From the NCBI GenBank assembly GCA_964035545.1, contig OZ037771.1, positions 15,657,289 through 15,721,288 on the forward strand: DNA of 64,000 nt, given 5' to 3'. The translations under genes were made by a program, and so were the position numbers. Positions within the stretch are counted from its first letter, which is position 1. Each line of letters starts with the position of its first letter. The notes beneath the pieces are model-generated. The model saw nothing but the letters and a program-made list of their open reading frames with translations, was not told the DNA's origin and ran no database searches. The DNA is from Bugula neritina. Lineage: Eukaryota; Animalia; Bryozoa. Below, piece after piece: positions 55,601-64,000 of this stretch.

Positions 55601-56619
55601 CTGGCCATTGTTTTAACACTTGGGTTTCTGAGGCTAGTCTTCTACTGGAAGCCCAACTGGTATTTGAAGTGGACTCACACTGAGACAGATTTGGTGGAGG
55701 CATCGCATGTTCTGCTCAAGGTATGTCAGTATACAGTCAGTATATAGTCAGTATACAGTCAGTATATAGTCAGTATACAGTCAGTATACAGTCAGTATAC
55801 AGTCAGTGTACAGTCAGTATACAGTCAGTATGCAGTCAGTATGCAGTCAGTATGCAGTCAGTATGCAGTCAGTATGCAGTCAGTATGCAGTCAGTATGCA
55901 GTCAGTATGCAGTCAGTATGCAGTCAGTATGCAGTCAGTATGCAGTCAGTATGCAGTCAGTATGCAGTCAGTATGCAGTCAGTATGCAGTCAGTATGCAG
56001 TCAGTATGCAGTCAGTATGCAGTCAGTATGCAGTCAGTATGCAGTCAGTATACAGTCAGTATATATAGTCAGAATACATTCAGTATATAGAATGACACAT
56101 AAAGTAGTAACTTCTGTATTCCAGGATAAGTACAACCAGGAGTTTGTTGAGAAGTTGAAGAGTTTTGGTTGTGAAAATAATAATGAGCAGTTGTTTTCCA
56201 AAGCAACTAAGACTAGGAGTTCGGACCCTATGCCCCTCTCCATGCAACAGAAGGGCGAGAAAAAAGGCTATGAATTGAATCCTTCACCGGCCATGCTTGA
56301 GATGGAGGTAAGTGGTGAGACAAACTACCTAACGTGATCATGTGACACTGGTTACCAGAGCAATACTGAGGTCTAATCAATCTTGACTCTACTTATTTAG
56401 AGCCAACAACTTGAAGGGATGAAATACTTTGTGAACAAGAAAGTGAAATATCTGTTCTGTAGAGAGATTGGTGGCTTCGTTAAACTCAGGTGTGTGTTGC
56501 TACAACTACTACTACTACTACTTCTACTACTATTACTACTACTACTACTACTAGTACTGCTACTACTACTACTACTACTACTACTAGTACCGCTACTGCT
56601 ACTAGTTCCGCTACTACTA

Positions 56620-56682
<63 letters not shown>

Positions 56683-56683
56683 G

Positions 56684-56716
<33 letters not shown>

Positions 56717-56860
56717 CACTACTACTACTACCACGACTAGTACTACCACTACTACTTCTACTACTGCTACTACTACTACTACTACTAGTACCGCTACTGC
56801 TACTAGTTCCGCTACTACTACTACTACCACTACTACTACTACTGCTGCTACTAGTACTAG

Positions 56861-56920
<60 letters not shown>

Positions 56921-59900
56921 CACTACTACTACTACCACGACTAGTACTACCACTACTACTACTACTACTACTACTAGTACTACTACTACTACTACTACTT
57001 CTACTACTGCTACTACTAGTACTGCTACTGCTACTACTGCTACTACTAGTACTGCTACTACTTCTACTACTGCTACTGGTATTACTACTACTATTACTGC
57101 TACTGCTATTGATACTACTACTACTACTACTACTGCTGCTACTGCTATTACTACTACTGCTACTACTGCTACTACTACTACTACTACTACTAGTACTACC
57201 ACTACTACTACTACTGCTACTACTACTACCACTACTACTACCACTACTACTAGTTCTACTACTACTACTACTACTAGTACTACTACTAGTACTATGACTA
57301 CTATATTGTAGAGGCATTGAAGCAGGGAAACTCAACTCCTATTTCTATGATGCTGAACCTCTCACAAATGCCGAGGCTGCACGCAGGTATTTAATTAATC
57401 TACACTCCGAGTTACACTGTAATACTGTATAGTGTATATTATAATACTGTATAGTGTATAGTGTATATTATAATACTGTAATACTGTATAGCGTGTATTG
57501 TAATACTGTAATACTGTATAGTGTATATGATAATACTGTAATACTGTATAGTGTATATTATAATACTGTAATACTGTATAGTGTATATTATAATACTGTA
57601 TAGTGTATATTATAACACTGTAATACTGTATAGTGTATATTATAATACTGTATAGTGTATATTATAATACTGTATAGTGTATATTATAATACTGTATAGT
57701 GTATATTATAATACTGTAATACTGTATAGCGTATATTATAATACTGTAATACCGTATAGTGTATATGATGATACTGTAATACTGTATAGAGTATATGATA
57801 ACACTGTAATACTGTATAGTGTATATGATAATACTATAATACTGTATAGTGTATATTATAATACTGTAATGCTGTATAGTGTATATGATAATACTGTAAT
57901 ACCCATACACCTGTAGAAGAGTGCTGTATGGAGCTAACATACTGGAAGTACATGTCACTCGTGTCATTGTCCTGGTGCTACGTCTGGTAAGTTACACCTG
58001 CCAACACCTGTCATGCTATAGTATAGTATACATCATATCATTGTATTAGTATAGTATACATCATGTCATTGTATTAGTATAGTATACATCATATCATTGT
58101 ATTAGTATAGTATACATCATATATTATTGTATTAGTATAGTATACATCATATCATTGTATTAGTATAGTATACATCATATCATTGTATTAGTATAGTATA
58201 CATCATATATTATTGTATTAGTATAGTATACATCATATCATTGTATTAGTATAGTATACATCATATATTATTGTATTAGTATAGTATACATCATATCATT
58301 GTATTAGTATAGTATACATCATATCATTGTATTAGTATAGTATACATCATATCATTGTATTAGTATAGTATACATCATGTCATTGTATTAGTATAGTATA
58401 CATCATATCATTGTATTAGTATAGTATACATCATATATTATTGTATTAGTATAGTATACATCATATCATTGTATTAGTATAGTATACATCATGTCATTGT
58501 ATTAGTATAGTATACATCATATCATTGTATTAGTATAGTATACATCATGTCATTGTATTAGTATAGTATACATCATATATTATTGTATTAGTATAGTATA
58601 CATCATATCATTGTATTAGTATAGTATACATCATATCATTGTATTAGTATAGTATACATCATATCATTGTATTAGTATAGTATACATCATATCATTGTAT
58701 TAGTATAGTATACATCATATATCATTGTATTAGTATAGTATACATCATATCATTGTATTAGTATAGTATACATCATATCATTGTATTAGTATAGTATACA
58801 TCATATCATTGTATTAGTATAGTATACATCATATCATTGTATTAGTATAGTATACATCATATCATTGTATTAGTATAGTATACATCATATCATTGTATTA
58901 GTATAGTATACATCATGTCATTGTATTAGTATAGTATATATCATATCATTGTATTAGTATAGTATACATCATGTCATTGTATTAGTATAGTATACATCAT
59001 GTCATTGTATTAGTATAGTATACATCATATCATTGTATTAGTATAGTATACATCATGTCATTGTATAAGTATAGTATACATCATGTCATTGTATAAGTAT
59101 AGTATACATCATGTCATTGTATTAGTATAGTATACATCATGTCATTGTATTAGTATAGTATACATCATGTCATTGTATTAGTATAGTATACATCATGTCA
59201 TTGTATTAGTATAGTATACATCATGTCATTGTATTAGTATAGTATACATCATGTCATTGTATTAGTATAGTATACATCATGTCATTGTATTAGTATAGTA
59301 TACATCATATCATTGTATTAGTATAGTATATATCATATCATTGTATTAGTATAGTATACATCATGTCATTGTATTAGTATAGTATATATCATATCATTGT
59401 ATTAGTATAGTATACATCATGTCATTGTATTAGTATAGTATATATCATATCATTGTATTAGTATAGTATACATCATGTCATTGTATAAGTATAGTATACA
59501 TCATATCATTGTATTAGTATAGTATACATCATGTCATTGTATTAGTATAGTATACATCATATCATTGTATTAGTATAGTATGCATCATATCATTGTATTA
59601 GTATAGTATACATCATATCATTGTATTAGTATAGTATACATCATGTCATTGTATTAGTATAGTATACATCATGTCATTGTATTAGTATAGTATACATCAT
59701 GTCATTGTATTAGTATAGTATGCATCATATCATTGTATTAGTATAGTATACATCATGTCATTGTATTAGTATAGTATACATCATGTCATTGTATTAGTAT
59801 AGTATACATCATGTCATTGTATTAGTATAGTATACATCATGTCATTGTATTAGTATAGTATACATCATGTCATTGTATTAGTATAGTATACATCATGTCA

Positions 59901-62900
59901 TTGTATTAGTATAGTATACATCATGTCATTGTATTAGTATAGTATACATCATGTCATTGTATTAGTATAGTATACATCATGTCATTGTATTGGTATAGTA
60001 TACATCATGTCATTGTATTGGTATAGTATACATCATGTCATTGTATTGGTATAGTATACATCATGTCATTGTATTAGTATAGTATACATCATATATTATT
60101 GTATTAGTATAGTATACATCATGTCATTGTATTAGTATAGTATACATCATGTCATTGTATTAGTATAGTATACATCATATATTATTGTATTAGTATAGTA
60201 TACATCATATCATTGTATTAGTATAGTATACATCATATCATTGTATTAGTATAGTATACATCATGTCATTGTATTAGTATAGTATACATCATGTCATTGT
60301 ATTAGTATAGTATACATCATGTCATTGTATTAGTATAGTATACATCATGTCATTGTATTAGTATAGTATACATCATATCATTGTATTAGTATAGTATACA
60401 TCATATATTATTGTATTAGTATAGTATACATCATATATTACTGTATTAGTATAGTATACATCATATCATTGTATTAGTATAGTATACATCATATCATTGT
60501 ATTAGTATAGTATACATCATATCATTGTATTAGTATAGTATAAATCATGTCATTGTATTAGTATAGTATACATCATATCATTGTATTAGTATAGTATACA
60601 TCATATATTATTGTATTAGTATAGTATACATCATATCATTGTATTAGTATAGTATACATCATGTCATTGTATTAGTATAGTATACATCATATATTATTGT
60701 ATTAGTATAGTATACATCATATATTACTGTATTAGTATAGTATACATCATATCATTGTATTAGTATAGTATACATCATGTCATTGTATTAGTATAGTATA
60801 CATCATATATTATTGTATTAGTATAGTATACATCATATCATTGTATTAGTATAGTATACATCATGTCATTGTATTAGTATAGTATACATCATATATTATT
60901 GTATTAGTATAGTATACATCATATCATTGTATTAGTATAGTATACATCATATCATTGTATTAGTATAGTATACATCATGTCATTGTATTAGTATAGTATA
61001 CATCATATCATTGTATTAGTATAGTATACATCATGTCATTGTATTAGTATAGTATACATCATGTCATTGTATTAGTATAGTATACATCATATCATTGTAT
61101 TAGTATAGTATACATCATGTCATTGTATTAGTATAGTATACATCATATCATTGTATTAGTATAGTATACATCATGTCATTGTATTAGTATAGTATACATC
61201 ATATCATTGTATTAGTATAGTATACATCATGCCATTGTATTAGTATAGTATACATCATATATTATTGTATTAGTATAGTATACATCATATCATTGTATTA
61301 GTATAGTATACATCATGTCATTGTATTAGTATAGTATACATCATATATTATTGTATTAGTATAGTATACATCATATCATTGTATTAGTATAGTATACATC
61401 ATATCATTGTATTAGTATAGTATACATCATATCATTGTATTAGTATAGTATACATCATGTCATTGTATTAGTATAGTATACATCATATCATTGTATTAGT
61501 ATAGTATACATCATGTCATTGTATTAGTATAGTATACATCATATATTATTGTATTAGTATAGTATACATCATATCATTGTATTAGTATAGTATACATCAT
61601 GTCATTGTATTAGTATAGTATACATCATATATTATTGTATTAGTATAGTATACATCATATCATTGTATTAGTATAGTATACATCATATCATTGTATTAGT
61701 ATAGTATACATCATATCATTGTATTAGTATAGTATACATCATGTCATTGTATTAGTATAGTATACATCATATCATTGTATTAGTATAGTATACATCATAT
61801 CATTGTATTAGTATAGTATACATCATGTCATTGTATTAGTATAGTATACATCATATCATTGTATTAGTATAGTATACATCATATCATTGTATTAGTATAG
61901 TATACATCATATCATTGTATTAGTATAGTATACATCATATCATTGTATTAGTATAGTATACATCATGTCATTGTATTAGTATAGTATACATCATGTCATT
62001 GTATTAGTATAGTATACATCATATCATTGTATTAGTATAGTATACATCATATCATTGTATTAGTATAGTATACATCATATCATTGTATTAGTATAGTATA
62101 CATCATATATTATTGTATTACAGGCGTCGAACCCGTTCTACGTCTTTCAGATATTCTCGTGTGCTTTGTGGTACGCAGACGAGTATTATTACTACGCTAC
62201 AGCAATTCTTGTCATATCTATTGGGTCTCTGACAGTTACTACGTATATTACTAGAAAGGTTGATATTACTACTATATATATTATATATCTACTTGTTACT
62301 ACATATATTACTATTATCATATATTACTAGATATTATATTGTAGATGGAGAGAGCCCTCAAGAGAACCGTCCATCAGTTTGGGTCAGCAAGCGTCAGAAG
62401 AGAAAGAGCTACCCACACGGTGCTGCCGACAGAGCTGGTTCCGGGAGATATCATAGAGCTGCCACGGTCAGGCTGTGTCATGGATGTTGACGCAGTTCTT
62501 CTGTGTGGAACCTGCATTGTCAATGAGAGCATGCTGACAGGTGAGTGACAGGTGACTGACAGGTGAGTGACAGGTGACTGACAGGTGAGAGTATATACTG
62601 ACAGGTGAGTGGCAGGTGAGTGACAGGTGAGTGGCACATGAGAGTATATACTGACACTATACATACTGTGTTGAAGGTGAAAGTATACCAGTAACCAAGA
62701 CGCCTCTGCCAAACCCTGCCAACTCGGACATGGTGTATGACGCCAAGCACCACTCTAAGCACACACTCTACTGCGGCACACAAGTCATCCAGACGAGATA
62801 CTACAGCGACCAGCCCGTCACAGCCATCGTTATCAAGACGGGATTCATGACTGCTAAGGGGGGTCTCTTGAGGTCCATTATGTTCCCCAAACCTGTTGAT

Positions 62901-62987
62901 TTTAGATTCTACAGAGATACTTACATGTTTATTTTAGTGCTGGCGTGCATGTCCTTCCTTGGTATGATCTACACTCTCGTGCTCATG
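49681..62987 (+). CDS. ATP13A3: P5B-type ATPase (ATP13A2/3-like putative polyamine transporter), 3'-truncated. Exons: 49681-49696 (tentative), 50323-50402, 55553-55720, 56125-56307, 56401-56489, 57312-57386, 57917-57986, 62124-62258, 62345-62540, 62677-62987
   Basis: VNRGEDDEM|[22 protein letters not shown] (P5-ATPase N-domain), [55 protein letters not shown] (TGES), [15 protein letters not shown] and [19 protein letters not shown]. Confidence 0.9.
50413..56068. repeat. ATP13A3 intron arrays: 22 bp (50413-51390), 19 bp (51710-51870), 11 bp (52249-52790), 45 bp (54265-55532), 11 bp (55725-56068)
   Basis: CTATACTATATATTATATTACA; GATACACTGTGTGAGACTT; ACTGTACTGCA-type; 45-mer TACAATATATCTATATATAGAGTATAGAG...; ATGCAGTCAGT. 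Confidence 0.92.
54206..54259. other. Perfect 20-bp inverted repeat with a 14-nt loop
   Basis: GCTTTCCATGGATCGATCTC (54206-54225) and GAGATCGATCCATGGAAAGC (54240-54259). Confidence 0.9.
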
Positions 62988-64000
62988 GTTTGTATACTTA
63001 CTGTATATACTGTATAGTTAGTACTTACTGTATATACTATATAGTTAGTACTTACTGTATATATACTATATAGTTAGTACTTACTGTATATACTATATAG
63101 TTAGTACTTACTGTATATACTATATAGTTAGTACTTACTGTATATACTATATAGTTAGTACTTACTGTATATATACTATATAGTTAGTACTTACTGTATA
63201 TACTATATAGTTAGTACTTACTGTATATATACTATATAGTTAGTACTTACTGTATATACTATATAGTTAGTACTTACTGTATATACTATATAGTTAGTAC
63301 TTACTGTATATACTATATAGTTAGTACTTACTGTATATACTATCTAGTTAGTACTTACTGTATATACTGTATAGTTAGTACTTACTGTATATACTGTATA
63401 GTTAGTACTTACTGTATATACTATATAGTTAGTACTTACTGTATATATACTATATAGTTAGTACTTACTGTATATACTATATAGTTAGTACTTACTGTAT
63501 ATACTGTATAGTTAGTACTTACTGTATATACTATATAGTTAGTACTTACTGTATATACTATATAGTTAGTACTTACTGTATATACTATATAGTTAGTACT
63601 TACTGTATATATACTATATAGTTAGTACTTACTGTATATACTATATAGTTAGTACTTACTGTATATACTATATAGTTAGTACTTACTGTATATACTATAT
63701 AGTTAGTACTTACTGTATATATACTGTATAGTTAGTACTTACTGTATATATACTGTATAGTTAGTACTTACTGTATATATACTATATAGTTAGTACTTAC
63801 TGTATATACTATATAGTTAGTGCTTACTGTATATACTGTATAGTTAGTACTTACTGTATATATACTATATAGTTAGTACTTACTGTATATACTATATAGT
63901 TAGTACTTACTGTATATATACTATATAGTTAGTACTTACTGTATATACTATATAGTTAGTACTTACTGTATATACTATATAGTTAGTACTTACTGTATAT
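56505..64000. repeat. ATP13A3 intron arrays: (CTA)n (56505-57303), about 30 bp (57415-57902), 28 bp over 4.1 kb (58017-62120), 11 bp donor copies (62535-62632), 27 bp (62995-64000)
   Basis: CTACTA...; TAATACTGTAATACTGTATAGTGTATATTA; ATTAGTATAGTATACATCATATCATTGT; TGACAG|GTGAG; GTTAGTACTTACTGTATATACTATATA. Confidence 0.93.

Noticed and set aside
56397-57335. Poly-Ser, Leu, Thr or Val mucin-like ORFs
   Set aside because: (CTA)n microsatellite inside a GT-AG intron (56490-57311) of the ATPase.

Overview
Animal (invertebrate-type) genomic DNA with intron-rich genes; the species cannot be identified from sequence alone. Five protein-coding genes were reconstructed by hand from GT-AG junctions and reading frame: (1) the 3' part of cytoplasmic dynein-2 heavy chain DYNC2H1 (+, 42 exons, 1-34372, AAA1 P-loop to the stop codon); (2) an intronless secreted protein with a UMOD/GP2/OIT3-like cysteine-rich domain (-, 35128-35865); (3) a METTL4-like MT-A70 methyltransferase (+, 37967-41679); (4) a C12orf57/protein C10 homolog (-, 41720-42646); (5) the 5' part of a P5B-type ATPase of ATP13A3 type (+, from 49681 past the window end). 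Nearly every intron is filled edge to edge by its own tandem repeat (units 3-62 bp, arrays up to 4.4 kb). Exons are free of these arrays, and intergenic DNA has far fewer. Many units are copies of the adjacent splice junction, producing arrays of decoy donors, decoy acceptors or AG|GT sites, and many contain TACAGTA/TACTGTA. Repeat-free islands inside one dynein intron reveal a strong candidate 21-nt microexon (18720-18740), at the position where I recall the human DYNC2H1 21-nt microexon, plus a weaker second one. A 1.3-kb TA-TSD DNA transposon sits inside a minisatellite, and there is a Harbinger-like MITE pair and a perfect 20-bp hairpin. Almost all long ORFs in the supplied track are repeat artefacts.
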